Part shown: positions 43,589 to 53,128 of the stretch, in pieces
Layout of the letters: the number at the start of each line of letters is the position of its first letter
Position numbering within the stretch: the first letter of the stretch is position 1
The notes under the pieces: generated by a model
Told to the model about the DNA's origin: nothing
Databases searched by the model: none
What the model saw: only the letters and a program-made list of their open reading frames with translations
Assembly (NCBI GenBank): GCA_965208885.1
Contig: CBDBPS010000002.1
Coordinates: 622,731 to 686,730, forward strand
Length of the DNA stretch: 64,000 bases
Origin: Dehalococcoidia bacterium
Lineage (GTDB): Bacteria; Chloroflexota; Dehalococcoidia; UBA2979
Direction: 5' to 3'
Position numbers and translations under genes: made by a program

Positions 43589-45106
43589 TCACCGCCCGAG
43601 GAGCACCTCGATGCGCGCTATGTCGAGGTGCTCCCGCACGACTGCAGCTAGCCGGTCAAACGCCGCCTCGCGCTGGTCGGCGAACCCGGTCGCCTCGACG
43701 CCCCGGTCGTGGCGTCCGAGGGCGCGCAGCAACACGGCGCGCACGCCATCGTTGTGCAGCAGCCCGTGGAGGTACGTACCCGTGATCCGCCCATCGGGCG
43801 AGACGGCGCCGTCGGGGCGGCCGTCGAGGGTGAGCAGCGGCCGGGCGTCCCCCTCACCGGCGTGCTGGCCCATGTGGATCTCGTAGCCGCTCACTGGCAG
43901 GCCAGCCGCGCCGGCCCACAGCCCGGCCGCCGCGCGCACCTCACCCGACGCCTGCCGCGTCGTCTTCGCCGCGACGAACCGCGTCTCGACGGGCAGCAGG
44001 CCGAGCCCGGCCGTCGAGGTGCCCGCTGGCGCCTCGACGCCCTCCTCGTCGACGAGGCGCTCGCCGAGCATCTGAAAGCCGCCGCAGATCCCGAGCACGG
44101 CACCGCCGCGCGCCGCGTGCTCCTCGATCGCTCGGTCCAATCCCTGTTCTCGAAGCCACTCGAGGTCGGCGATGGTCGCCTTGGTACCGGGCAGCACCGC
44201 GAGGTCTGGCTCGCCGAGCTCGTCGGCGTGCCGCACCCAGCGCACGCGCACGCCCGGCTCGCGGGCGAGCGGGTCGAAGTCGTCGAAGTTCGCGATCCGG
44301 GGCAGCCGCACCACCGCCACGTCGACCTCGTGCGCCGCGTCGTCGGCAGCGCCCGCCTCGGGGCGTTCGAGGGCGACCGCGTCCTCCTCGGCCACGCCGA
44401 TGTCGTCGATCCACGGGATCACACCAAGTACCGGCACGCCTGTGCGCTCCTCGATCTCCTCGATCGCGGGGCCGAGCAGCGAGGGGTCTCCGCGGAAGCG
44501 GTTAATGACGAAGCCGCTCACGAGCGCGCGGTCCTCGGGCGGCAGCAGCTCGAGCGTGCCGAGCAGGTGCGCGAACACGCCGCCTCGATCGATGTCGCCA
44601 ACGAGCAGGGTCGGCGCATGCGCGTGGCGGGCGACACGCATGTTGGTGATGTCGCCCGCGCGCAGGTTCGGCTCGGCGGGGCTCCCCGCCCCCTCGGCAA
44701 CGACGAGGTCGTAGCGCGCCCGCAGCGCGTCGAGTGCCTCGGCTGCGTCGGGCCAGAGGTCCTGCTTGCGGCCGACGAAGTCGCGGCTGTGCAGCACCCC
44801 TGCGGGACGGCCGCGCAGTACGAGTTGCGAGGTGCGGTCGCCCTGTGGTTTGAGCAGCACGGGGTTCATGTCGACGTGCGGTTCGAGGCCGGCGGCCGCA
44901 GCCTGCTCCGCCTGCGCGCGGCCGATCTCGAGGCCGTCGGCGGTGACCGCGGCGTTGTTGGACATGTTCTGCGCCTTGAACGGCGCGACGTGGACGCCGT
45001 CCTGCCGGAAGATGCGGCACAGCGCCGCCACCACGACCGACTTGCCGACGGACGACGCCGTCCCGACCACCATCAGCACCGGCGCCAGGCCCCGCTCGCT
45101 CGTCAC
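43589..45106 (-). CDS. cobQ: Cobyric acid synthase CobQ/CbiP
   Basis: LMVVGTASSVGKSVVVAALCRIFRQDG..APFKAQNMSNNA is the N-terminal P-loop. The C-terminal glutamine amidotransferase domain has ICGGFQMLG. GTG 45106 overlaps the upstream stop (GTGA). Confidence 0.9.
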   Translation of the reverse strand: MTSERGLAPVLMVVGTASSVGKSVVVAALCRIFRQDGVHVAPFKAQNMSNNAAVTADGLEIGRAQAEQAAAAGLEPHVDMNPVLLKPQGDRTSQLVLRGRPAGVLHSRDFVGRKQDLWPDAAEALDALRARYDLVVAEGAGSPAEPNLRAGDITNMRVARHAHAPTLLVGDIDRGGVFAHLLGTLELLPPEDRALVSGFVINRFRGDPSLLGPAIEEIEERTGVPVLGVIPWIDDIGVAEEDAVALERPEAGAADDAAHEVDVAVVRLPRIANFDDFDPLAREPGVRVRWVRHADELGEPDLAVLPGTKATIADLEWLREQGLDRAIEEHAARGGAVLGICGGFQMLGERLVDEEGVEAPAGTSTAGLGLLPVETRFVAAKTTRQASGEVRAAAGLWAGAAGLPVSGYEIHMGQHAGEGDARPLLTLDGRPDGAVSPDGRITGTYLHGLLHNDGVRAVLLRALGRHDRGVEATGFADQREAAFDRLAAVVREHLDIARIEVLLGR

Positions 45107-46092
45107 CAGACCTCGTCCAATGACGCCGCGAGCGCGTCGAGGAGTCGCGGGAGTTCGGCAGACGGTGGCGCGGCGACGCGCACCCACTCCGGCAGGCCGA
45201 ACGAGGTGCAGTCGCGCACCTCGATGCCTCGATGCAGCAGGGCGGCGCGGAGCCCGCGGGCGTCGCCAACCCGTGCCAGCACGAAGTTAGCCCGCGCGGG
45301 GCTGACGGCGATGCCGCGAGCGGCGAAGAAGGCGTGCATCGCCTCGCGCGTCTCGGCCACCTCGCGCACGACGGCGCGACGCTCGGCGTCGAGGGGGATC
45401 GCGGCGTGGGCCGCCTCGATAGCGGGCGCGCTCACCGACCAGGTGGGCTGGAGCGCGGCGAGCCGCCCGATGAGCGCCGCCGGCCCTGCCACGTAGCCGA
45501 CACGCAGGCCGGGGATCGCGTGGAGCTTGGTGAACGACTGCACGACGAGCACCGGCAGCCCGTCACGCACCAGCTTGTTGGCGTCCCAGGCGTCCTCGAC
45601 GAACGGCTCGTAGACCGCGTCGACGAGCACGACGCCACCCGCGACGCGCAGCACGCGCCGGATGACCGACTCGTCGAGGTACACGCCGGCGGGGCTGCTC
45701 GGGTTCGCGATCGCCGTGAGCAGCGCGCGTGGCGGGTCGTCGGGCGGTGGTGCGAAGTCCGGCGGAAACGCCTCGTGGCGTTCGACCCGGAAGCCACCCG
45801 CGAGGGCGGCTCGCTCGTACTCGCCGAACGTCGGTGTGAACACCGTGCAGGCATCCCCCGGCCCCAACACCGCGCGCAGGGCGAGGTGGATCGCCTCGGT
45901 CGCGCCCGACGTGATCAGCACCTGCTCCCTCGACACGCCGATGGACAGCGCCACCTCGGCGCGCAGCACGGCGGGATCGGCCTCCGGGTAGCGGCCGATC
46001 TCGGCACGGTGGGCCGCCTCGATCACCGCCGGGTGCGGGCCGTGCGGGTGCAGGTTCGAGGCGAGGTCGAGCGTTCCTTCGTCGCTGTTCAT
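45103..46092 (-). CDS. cobD: Threonine-phosphate decarboxylase CobD/CobC-type aminotransferase-fold enzyme
   Basis: Class I/II aminotransferase pattern (ITSGATEAIHLALRA..., SFTKLHAIPGLRVGY with the PLP Lys). It lies between cbiB and cobQ. Confidence 0.8.
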   Translation of the reverse strand: MNSDEGTLDLASNLHPHGPHPAVIEAAHRAEIGRYPEADPAVLRAEVALSIGVSREQVLITSGATEAIHLALRAVLGPGDACTVFTPTFGEYERAALAGGFRVERHEAFPPDFAPPPDDPPRALLTAIANPSSPAGVYLDESVIRRVLRVAGGVVLVDAVYEPFVEDAWDANKLVRDGLPVLVVQSFTKLHAIPGLRVGYVAGPAALIGRLAALQPTWSVSAPAIEAAHAAIPLDAERRAVVREVAETREAMHAFFAARGIAVSPARANFVLARVGDARGLRAALLHRGIEVRDCTSFGLPEWVRVAAPPSAELPRLLDALAASLDEVW

Positions 46093-47015
46093 GATCTGCT
46101 CCCCACACCCATCAGCACTGCCCCGAGCACTGCACCGGCAACCAGCGCCGCCTCGGTCGCGAGGACGCAGGCACGCCCGATGTCCTCGTGCGTCGGTGCG
46201 CGCAGGCCCTCGCCGAGGACGTAGTCGCCAGGCTTGGCGAGCCGGACGCCGAGCGCGCCCGCCATCGCGGCCATGGGGTGGCCCGCGTTCGGGCTCGCCG
46301 TCTCACCGGCGTCGAGGCGCCACTGCCGCGCGGCGCGCGCGCCGTCACCGTGGATAGCCGCGGCAGCGCACAGCGCGAGCGCGGTGAGGCGCGCGGGCAC
46401 GAGGTTGAGCGCGTCGTCGGTACGGGCGGCTGCAGCGCCGAGGTCGATCCAACGCTCGTCGCGGTAGCCCCACATCGCGTCGAGGGTGTTCGCGGCGCGG
46501 TACGCCCAGGCGGCGGGCAGCCCGCCGACCGCGTACCAGAGCCACGACGCGATCACGCCGTCGCTGAGGTTCTCCGCCACCGACTCAATGGTCGCCGCGG
46601 CCAACTCGGACGCGTCGAGACCATCGACGTTACGACTCACGAGATGCGTGCCGAGCAGCGTCCGCGCGGTGCCGAGGTCGTGGTCACGGAGCGCTGCCTC
46701 GATCTCGCCCGCGCGGCCGAGGAGTGTGCGCAGCGCGAAGCTGAGCGAGAGCGCCCCGGCGTCGACGGCCACCCGCCGGGGGCCGGAGCCGCCCAGACGC
46801 GCCGAGACCTGCCACGCCGCCAGCGCCGCGATGAGCGGGAACGCCGCAGCGACACCTCGGCCGTAGCGGCGTCGCTCTCCCGCGCCCTCGGGCGCGAACC
46901 TTTCGAGGGTCCCGGCAAGCGCGCCCAGCGCGCCGACGGGGTGGAGCCGCGTCGGCGGGTCACCAGCGACGCCATCGATGGCTACCGCGAGTGCGAGGGT
47001 GATCGCGCGCCGCAT
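46089..47015 (-). CDS. cbiB: Adenosylcobinamide-phosphate synthase CbiB
   Basis: MRRAITLALAVAIDGVAGDPPTRLHPV... is the typical CbiB N-terminus. Membrane protein. Confidence 0.9.
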   Translation of the reverse strand: MRRAITLALAVAIDGVAGDPPTRLHPVGALGALAGTLERFAPEGAGERRRYGRGVAAAFPLIAALAAWQVSARLGGSGPRRVAVDAGALSLSFALRTLLGRAGEIEAALRDHDLGTARTLLGTHLVSRNVDGLDASELAAATIESVAENLSDGVIASWLWYAVGGLPAAWAYRAANTLDAMWGYRDERWIDLGAAAARTDDALNLVPARLTALALCAAAAIHGDGARAARQWRLDAGETASPNAGHPMAAMAGALGVRLAKPGDYVLGEGLRAPTHEDIGRACVLATEAALVAGAVLGAVLMGVGSRS

Positions 47016-47016
47016 C

Positions 47017-47613
47017 TCAGAAGTCGATGCCGCGCTGCGCCTTGATGCCCTGCTGGTACGGGTGCTTCACCTCGGTCATCTCCGATACCAGGTCCGCGAA
47101 CTCGACCAGCTCAGGGGCGGCGTTGCGGCCCGTCATGATGATGTGCATGTCGGCGGGTCGATCGCGCAACACGCCGATCACCTCGTCGGCCTCGAGCCAG
47201 CCGTAGGTGATGGGGTACGTGATCTCGTCGAGCACGACGAGGTCGTAGGCGGCCGACTCGATCTTCGCGCGGGCCAGCGCCCAGCACTCACGCGCGAGGG
47301 CGATGTCCTTGTTGATGTCCTTCGAGAGCCACGTGAAGCCGTCGCCGAGCGGGATCATCTCGATGCCCATCCGGCGCGCGGCGCGCGTCTCACCGTAGTT
47401 GGCGGTCTTCGACTTGATGAACTGCAGCCAGCAGATCTTCCAGCCTCGCCCCCACGCGCGCATCGTGACACCGAGCGCCGAGGAGGTCTTGCCCTTCCCA
47501 TTTCCCGTGTAGAGCAGCACCAGCGGATGCGACTTGCGGAACAGGGCGTCCTCGCCGCCCGGCTGGTCGCCCTGCACGGCCTCGTCCGCGGGCTCACTCC
47601 ACTTCTGGGTCAT
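47017..47613 (-). CDS. cobO: Cob(I)yrinic acid a,c-diamide adenosyltransferase (CobO/BtuR type)
   Basis: LLYTGNGKGKTSSALG P-loop and ...LVVLDEITY... Confidence 0.9.
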   Translation of the reverse strand: MTQKWSEPADEAVQGDQPGGEDALFRKSHPLVLLYTGNGKGKTSSALGVTMRAWGRGWKICWLQFIKSKTANYGETRAARRMGIEMIPLGDGFTWLSKDINKDIALARECWALARAKIESAAYDLVVLDEITYPITYGWLEADEVIGVLRDRPADMHIIMTGRNAAPELVEFADLVSEMTEVKHPYQQGIKAQRGIDF

Positions 47614-47614
47614 C

Positions 47615-48451
47615 TCACGCCTCCAGGCGCGAGGGGATGACCACGGGCGCGCCCGATACGGGGTGCGGCAGCACGGTCACGCCGCCGCCGTAGACGCGCT
47701 GGACGTGCTCCGACGTGACCACCTCGGACGGCGGTCCCTCGGCAACCACCTCGCCGCGGTCCAGCAGCACGATACGGTCGCAGTACGCGGCGGCCAGCGT
47801 GAGGTCGTGGACGATCAGCAGCACGCCAGCCTCGGCTGCGGCCAGCTCCGCCACCAACTCGAGGATCTCGACCTGCGCGTTCGCGTCGAGGTTCGAGGTC
47901 GGCTCGTCGAGCAGCAGCAGCGGCGCCTCCTGCGCGAGCGCACGCGCGATGAAGGCACGTCGCCGCTCACCGCCGGACAGCGAGCCAAGCTCGCGGTCGG
48001 CGAAGCGGTCGCAGCCCGCGCGTCGCATCGCCTCGTCGGCCACGTCGAAGTCGTGCCGCGACTCACGGGCGAGCAGTCCGAGGTGCGGGTGCCGCCCGAG
48101 CACCACGAGGTCGCGTACGCGCATCGTCGCGGGCGCCTCGGGGAGTTGCTGCACGACGGCGACGCGCATGGCGAGCTCACGGCGCGGGAGCGCGTTGAGC
48201 GCGTCGCCCTCGATGGCGACTGTGCCTGCCGAGGGCCGGAGCATGCCCGTCACGACCCGGAGCAGTGTGCTCTTGCCTGCCCCGTTCGGGCCGACCAGCC
48301 CGACCACCTCGCCGCGCCGGACGGTGACCTCGACGTCACGAAGGATGGGCTGCCCCCCGAGCTCGACGTCGATGCCGGACGCTTCGAGGAGCGGAGTGTG
48401 CGCGGGCGTAGTGGGGCCCGAGGCAGGCGGGCGCGTCGTCATCGTGGTCAT
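47615..48451 (-). CDS. ABC transporter ATP-binding protein (FecE/BtuD-like)
   Basis: Walker A GPNGAGKST, signature LSGGERRRAFIARAL and Walker B LLLLDEPTS. The ATG at 48451 overlaps the permease stop (ATGA). Confidence 0.9.
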   Translation of the reverse strand: MTTMTTRPPASGPTTPAHTPLLEASGIDVELGGQPILRDVEVTVRRGEVVGLVGPNGAGKSTLLRVVTGMLRPSAGTVAIEGDALNALPRRELAMRVAVVQQLPEAPATMRVRDLVVLGRHPHLGLLARESRHDFDVADEAMRRAGCDRFADRELGSLSGGERRRAFIARALAQEAPLLLLDEPTSNLDANAQVEILELVAELAAAEAGVLLIVHDLTLAAAYCDRIVLLDRGEVVAEGPPSEVVTSEHVQRVYGGGVTVLPHPVSGAPVVIPSRLEA

Positions 48452-49557
48452 AGCGCCGCCGCCCGTCGCGTGCGCAGCAGCCAGAGGAAGAACGGCCCGC
48501 CGAGCAGCGCCGTGAGCACCCCGACCGGGACCTCCTGCGGCGACAGCATGGTCCTCGCCAGCAGGTCGACGAGGATGAGGAACGACGCGCCGAAGAGCGC
48601 CGCGAGCGGCAGCAGTCGTCGGTGGTCGCCGCCGAACGCCAATCGCACCGCGTGAGGCACGATCAGCCCGACGAAGCCGATGACCCCGGCCATCGCCACG
48701 GCAGTGGCCGCCGTGAGCGAGGCGGCGGCCAGCACGATGAGCTTGGTGCGCGTCACGGGCACGCCGAGCTGCGCCGCCTGCTCCTCGTCGAGCTGGAGCA
48801 CGTTGAGCACCCTCGCATGCATCGCCACGACGACGGTGCCGACGACGAGGTAGGGCGCGGCCCAGCCGATGCGCTCCCAGTTCGAAGTGTTGAAGCCGCC
48901 GAAGAGGAACGAAAAGATCGGCCGCGCCTGCTCGCCGCCGGTGAGCAGGATGAACGCCGTCGCCGCCCCGAAGACAGCGGAGAGCGCCACCCCGGCGAGG
49001 ATGAGCGTCGTGCTGTCCACGCCACCGCCGCCCGTCGCGAGCAGGTAGACGAGGACGACCGTCGCGAGGGCGCCCGCGAAGGCGAACACGGGGACCCAGC
49101 CGAAGCCGTAGGCGTCGGTGGAGAGCGGCGAGATGATGGCGATCGCCGCGCCCAGCGCCGCGCCCGACGCGACGCCGAGCAGGAACGGCCCGGCGAGCGG
49201 GTTGCGGAACACTCCCTGGTACGAGGCGCCGGACAGCGCGAGCGCCGCGCCCACGGCTCCCGCCGCGAGCACCCTCGGCAGCCGGATGTCGAGCACGATC
49301 GTCTCCTGCGTGACCGGCACCGTGACGTCGACGGTGATGAGCGGCAGGCGGTCGAGCAGGATGCGCAGCACCGTCTGCGGCGCGATGTCCGCCGCCCCCT
49401 GCGTCAGCGCGACCAGCGCCACGACCACGAGCAGCACGACGGCTGCGAGCGCCGGGCCGGGCGCCCGCGGGACGGATCGAGGGAGCCACGCGGCGCGAAC
49501 CGCGGGCGGCGGTGCCACCGCCTCACCCACACGTGCGCCGAGGGATTCGCGTGCCAC
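48448..49557 (-). CDS. FecCD/BtuC-family ABC transporter permease
   Basis: Polytopic membrane protein with the typical FecCD C-terminal region (...IGFVGLIVPHAVRL...). GTG 49557 lies 9 nt after GGAGG, which sits in the riboswitch terminator stem. The start is uncertain by a few codons. Confidence 0.85.
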   Translation of the reverse strand: MARESLGARVGEAVAPPPAVRAAWLPRSVPRAPGPALAAVVLLVVVALVALTQGAADIAPQTVLRILLDRLPLITVDVTVPVTQETIVLDIRLPRVLAAGAVGAALALSGASYQGVFRNPLAGPFLLGVASGAALGAAIAIISPLSTDAYGFGWVPVFAFAGALATVVLVYLLATGGGGVDSTTLILAGVALSAVFGAATAFILLTGGEQARPIFSFLFGGFNTSNWERIGWAAPYLVVGTVVVAMHARVLNVLQLDEEQAAQLGVPVTRTKLIVLAAASLTAATAVAMAGVIGFVGLIVPHAVRLAFGGDHRRLLPLAALFGASFLILVDLLARTMLSPQEVPVGVLTALLGGPFFLWLLRTRRAAAL

Positions 49558-49584
49558 GAAAACGCCCCTCCGGTGCGAGGGGCA
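49557..49584 (-). terminator. Riboswitch expression-platform hairpin (terminator / SD-sequestering)
   Basis: Minus strand reads GCCCCTC-GCACCG-GAGGGGC followed by GTTTTC and then the GTG start. The 3' arm contains the GGAGG SD. Confidence 0.6.
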
Positions 49585-49785
<201 letters not shown>

Positions 49786-49819
49786 CCCGGCCACGAGTTC
49801 GGGTCCCTCGGTATGGCTG

Positions 49820-50060
49820 GGTCCGGCGAGCCGATCCGTCCGCCTCTCCCGGTCTGCCCAGGGTCGGCGAGCCGATCCGTCCCCCTCTCCCTCGAGGGAG
49901 AGGGCTGGGGTGAGGGGGTTCCGGCTCCCCGGGGTGCCTCGAGCCTCGAGGGGGCGCCCCCCTCACCCTCACCCTCTCCCCCCACAGGGGGGCGAGGGGA
50001 TCAGAGGCGGCGGCCTCCGCCCAGCAGGGGGGCGAGGGGATGAAGGGCGGCGGCCTCGGC
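49820..50060. repeat. Cluster of GC-rich direct and inverted repeats (REP/MITE-like)
   Basis: Direct repeat GGCGAGCCGATCCGTCC(G/C)CCTCTCCC at 49825 and 49866. Perfect 22-nt palindrome CCCTCTCCCTCGAGGGAGAGGG at 49883-49904. A 48-nt unit lies at 49957-50004, and its 3' part is duplicated in tandem (CAGGGGGGCGAGGGGAT..GGCGGCGGCCTC.GCCC x2, 49985-50060). Confidence 0.6.
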
Positions 50061-50062
50061 CC

Positions 50063-50527
50063 CTACCCGCCCGCGTCGGTCTCCCAGCGCGTCTGCGTCT
50101 CGACGAATGCGCCCTCGAGCCACGCGTGGCCGACCTGGATGCGGAGCGAGTAGAGCCAGACCTCCTCGCCCTCGGGCGCCTCACCGGCCAGCAGGTCGAA
50201 CGGCTCGCCGGTCTCCGGGTTCACGTACTTCGCGGCGAACGCGGCCACGACGGCCTCTGGCGCATCCTCGAACGCGTGCCGCTCGACGACACCCTCGATG
50301 ATCGCGACGTCCTCGGCACTCTCGTGGTGGACGACCGCGTAGGGCTGGTGGCGGAGGTTGAAGACCTTCTGCCCGCCCGTGCCGAACCAGAGTTCGTCGC
50401 CCACCAGCACGCCCCACACAGGCATCGAGTGTGGCCGGCCGTCGGGACGGGTCGTGGCGAGCCAGTACGACGTGGCGGCGCGCAGCCGCGAGAGTGCGCG
50501 CTCGCGCATGTGCTCGACGGGTGCCAT
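50063..50527 (-). CDS. Pyridoxamine-5'-phosphate-oxidase-family (split-barrel flavin/deazaflavin-binding) protein
   Basis: MAPVEHMRERALSRLRAATSYWLATTRPDGRPHSMPVWGVLVGDELWFGT is the typical PNPOx-like N-terminal pattern. The internal ATG 50527 is chosen. Confidence 0.7.
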   Translation of the reverse strand: MAPVEHMRERALSRLRAATSYWLATTRPDGRPHSMPVWGVLVGDELWFGTGGQKVFNLRHQPYAVVHHESAEDVAIIEGVVERHAFEDAPEAVVAAFAAKYVNPETGEPFDLLAGEAPEGEEVWLYSLRIQVGHAWLEGAFVETQTRWETDAGG

Positions 50528-50600
50528 GCGTCTGTCTCCGGGAAAGGCGCCGGCCCGCGTGATGCGGGCCGGCGTGTGTGCGTTGCCTGCGAGGTGAGAG

Positions 50601-51827
50601 CTAGCCGCGAGGCAGCCCCAGCCCACGCGTGGCGATGATGTTGCGCTGCACCTCGGAGCTGCCCCCGGCGATCGTCGACGGGATCGAGCGGATGTAGCCG
50701 CGGATGTGGTCGCCCTTGAGCACCTCGCGGCCGTCGCCCGGCCAGATCTGCGAGTGCAGGCCGAAGGCGCGCACGCCCACGCGGTGCAGCTCCTGGCCCT
50801 GCTCGCTCGCGAACATCTTGCCCATCGACGCCTCGTAGTTCGGGACGAGGCCGGCCGCCTGCATCGAGGCGACACGGAGCGAGAGGTTGTACGAGATCTC
50901 GGTCGAGATGTAGCGGTCCGCGATGCGGTCACGGATCGAGTCGCTGCGGCTCAGCAGCGAGCGCTCGTCGTTCACCACGGCGTCGAGGAGTTCGGCCAGC
51001 TGCAACTGCTGGTCCACGGGCCCCGCGATGCCCGAGCGCTCGAAGTCGAGCAGGGTCATCCCGACGTACCAGCCGCGGTTCTCCTCGCCCAGCACGTTGG
51101 CGACGGGGACGCGGACGTCCTCGAAGAAGACCTCGTTGATCACGTGGCCCCAGGCCGCGTCGATCAGGGGCCGGACGTTGATGCCGGGCTGGCGGATGTT
51201 GTCGATCATGATGAACGAGATGCCGCGGTGCTTCGGCGCGTCCGGGTTGGTGCGGACGAGCGCGAAGATCGCGTCGGACATGTGGGCGGCCGAGGTCCAG
51301 ATCTTCTGGCCGTTCACGACGTACTCGTCGCCGTCGCGCATGGCGCGGGTCTGCAGGCCGCCGAGGTCGGAGCCGGCGCCCGGCTCGGAGTAGCCCTGCG
51401 CCCACGCAACCTTGCCGGAGAGGATGTCGCCGACGTACTTCTCCTTCTGCTCAGGGGTGCCATGCACGAGCACGGTTGGCCCGAGCAGCGCTACGCCGGA
51501 GCCACCAACCGCGGGCGCCTGGGCGCGGGCCATCTCCTCGTTGAAGATGACCTGCTCCATTGCCGTGAGGCCGGCGCCGCCGAACTCCTCGGGCCAGTGC
51601 GGTGCGACCCAGCCGTTCTCGGCGAGGGCGCCGGCCCACTCGCTCGCGGCGGCCTGTACGTCCTCGTCGGGGTTCTGCCGGTCGGCGTACCACGCGAAGA
51701 AGCCCTCGAGGGCGGCTTCCTCGCCGGTCTCGATGCGGCGCTTATAGAGATCGGGCAGCCGCTCCTCGATGAAAGTCGAAACACGATTGCGGAATGCCGC
51801 CTGTTCGGCGTCGTCGTTCCAGTTCAT
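50601..51827 (-). CDS. Acyl-CoA dehydrogenase family protein (fourth paralogue of the 407-aa family)
   Basis: MNWNDDAEQAAFRNRVSTFIEERLP... is collinear with the tandem paralogues and ends ...GGSSEVQRNIIATRGLGLPRG. The track ORF extends 198 codons further upstream, antisense to the next gene; this extension is rejected. Confidence 0.9.
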   Translation of the reverse strand: MNWNDDAEQAAFRNRVSTFIEERLPDLYKRRIETGEEAALEGFFAWYADRQNPDEDVQAAASEWAGALAENGWVAPHWPEEFGGAGLTAMEQVIFNEEMARAQAPAVGGSGVALLGPTVLVHGTPEQKEKYVGDILSGKVAWAQGYSEPGAGSDLGGLQTRAMRDGDEYVVNGQKIWTSAAHMSDAIFALVRTNPDAPKHRGISFIMIDNIRQPGINVRPLIDAAWGHVINEVFFEDVRVPVANVLGEENRGWYVGMTLLDFERSGIAGPVDQQLQLAELLDAVVNDERSLLSRSDSIRDRIADRYISTEISYNLSLRVASMQAAGLVPNYEASMGKMFASEQGQELHRVGVRAFGLHSQIWPGDGREVLKGDHIRGYIRSIPSTIAGGSSEVQRNIIATRGLGLPRG

Positions 51828-51978
51828 GGGGCTCCTCGCTCCGATGCTATGTCGTGCGGCGATGATGCGCCTCGCGGCGCGCCGTGGCAAACCTCGACCT
51901 CCCCGCGGTGGCCTCGATGGGCTGCCGCGGCGTGCCCGCGACTGGTAGCCTGCGCGCCGTACGCACGGAGGTGCCCGC

Positions 51979-53124
51979 ATGCCCGAGTCCCTGACCCCCG
52001 AACTGATCGAACTACGCGACCGCACACAGGCAGTCGTCGACGACCTGCGCGCGCTCGAAGCCGAGCTTCCCGATGACCTCGACGCGCCCATCCCACCGGA
52101 GATCGCCGCGCGGGCGCGCGAGCGCTCGCAGGCCGCGGGCCTGTTCGGCATGACACAGCCGGCCGAGTTCGGCGGCACGAACGCCGGGCCGCTGGAGCTC
52201 ACCGTCGCGCGCGAGACGGTCGCGGCCGGCAACCTGCGCCTCGGGCGCAGCGTGTTCGGCCCGGGCCCGGGCGTGCTGCGCACCGCCGAGGGCGACGCGC
52301 GAGACCGCTTCCTCGAGCCGGTGTTGCGCGGCGACATGCAGGGCTCGTTCGCCTTCACGGAGCCCGGCGACGCGCTCAAGCCGACGTGGGCCGTCCGCGA
52401 CGGCGACGACCTGCTCGTCACCGGCCGGAAGGCCTATGTCAGCGGCGGCGCCACCGCCGACTTCTACTCGGCGCTCATCAACGTCGAGGACGGTGACCAG
52501 GGGCCCGGCGGCACCGCGATGCTGGTCATCGAGGCGGGCACACCGGGCGTCTCCATCGACAACTCCTTCGTCTCGATGGACGGCGGCGGCCACGTCTCGA
52601 TGTCGTTCAATGAGGCGCGCGTGCCGGTAGCGAACGTGATCGGCGCGATCGGCGAGGGGATGCCTCGCGCGCTCGGGAACATCAACGACATGCGCCTCGG
52701 CGTGGCCGCCGAGTGCGCAGGTCTGTCGATGTGGACCACAGAGTTCACGACCACCCACCTCAAGGCGCCCCACCGCAGCGGCACACCGCTCGGTGAGCGC
52801 GAGGGCGTGCGCCTGCGCTACGCGGACATGCGCATCGAGACCTACGCGGCGCGCAGCATGCTGTACCGCAGCGCGCGGCTCCGCGAGACCGGCGACGACG
52901 CCATCAACGAGATCGCGGCGACGAAGATGTTCGCCGCGGAGGCCGTCGGCCGCCACGTCGACACGGCGATCCAGCTTGCGGGCGGGCAGGCGCTGATCGT
53001 CGGACACCCGCTGGAGGCGCTGTACCGGCGGGTGCGCGCGCTACGGCTGGGCGAGGGCGCCTCGGACCTGCTCCGCATCAACGTGGCCCGCGGCATCCTC
53101 GAGTTCAACGCCGGGCGGCTGTAG
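51979..53124 (+). CDS. Acyl-CoA dehydrogenase (canonical catalytic-Glu loop present)
   Basis: FAFTEPG, VTGRKAYVSGG and the C-terminal LRLGEGASDLLR (the Glu-Gly position of MCAD-type enzymes). Confidence 0.85.
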   Translation: MPESLTPELIELRDRTQAVVDDLRALEAELPDDLDAPIPPEIAARARERSQAAGLFGMTQPAEFGGTNAGPLELTVARETVAAGNLRLGRSVFGPGPGVLRTAEGDARDRFLEPVLRGDMQGSFAFTEPGDALKPTWAVRDGDDLLVTGRKAYVSGGATADFYSALINVEDGDQGPGGTAMLVIEAGTPGVSIDNSFVSMDGGGHVSMSFNEARVPVANVIGAIGEGMPRALGNINDMRLGVAAECAGLSMWTTEFTTTHLKAPHRSGTPLGEREGVRLRYADMRIETYAARSMLYRSARLRETGDDAINEIAATKMFAAEAVGRHVDTAIQLAGGQALIVGHPLEALYRRVRALRLGEGASDLLRINVARGILEFNAGRL

Positions 53125-53128
53125 GACC

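Noticed and set aside
48452-49489. 624-aa ORF 47615..49489 that suggests a large fusion protein upstream of the ABC ATPase
   Set aside because: The upstream 346 codons are an alternative frame of the FecCD permease gene (Arg/Gly/Ala-rich). The ATPase begins at MTTMTTRP (48451) with an ATGA overlap to the permease stop.
51828-52421. 198-codon N-terminal extension of the minus-strand ACAD (ORF 50601..52421)
   Set aside because: Ser/Arg/Pro-rich sequence, antisense to the plus-strand ACAD at 51979..53124. The family-typical N-terminus MNWNDDAEQAAFR starts at 51827.
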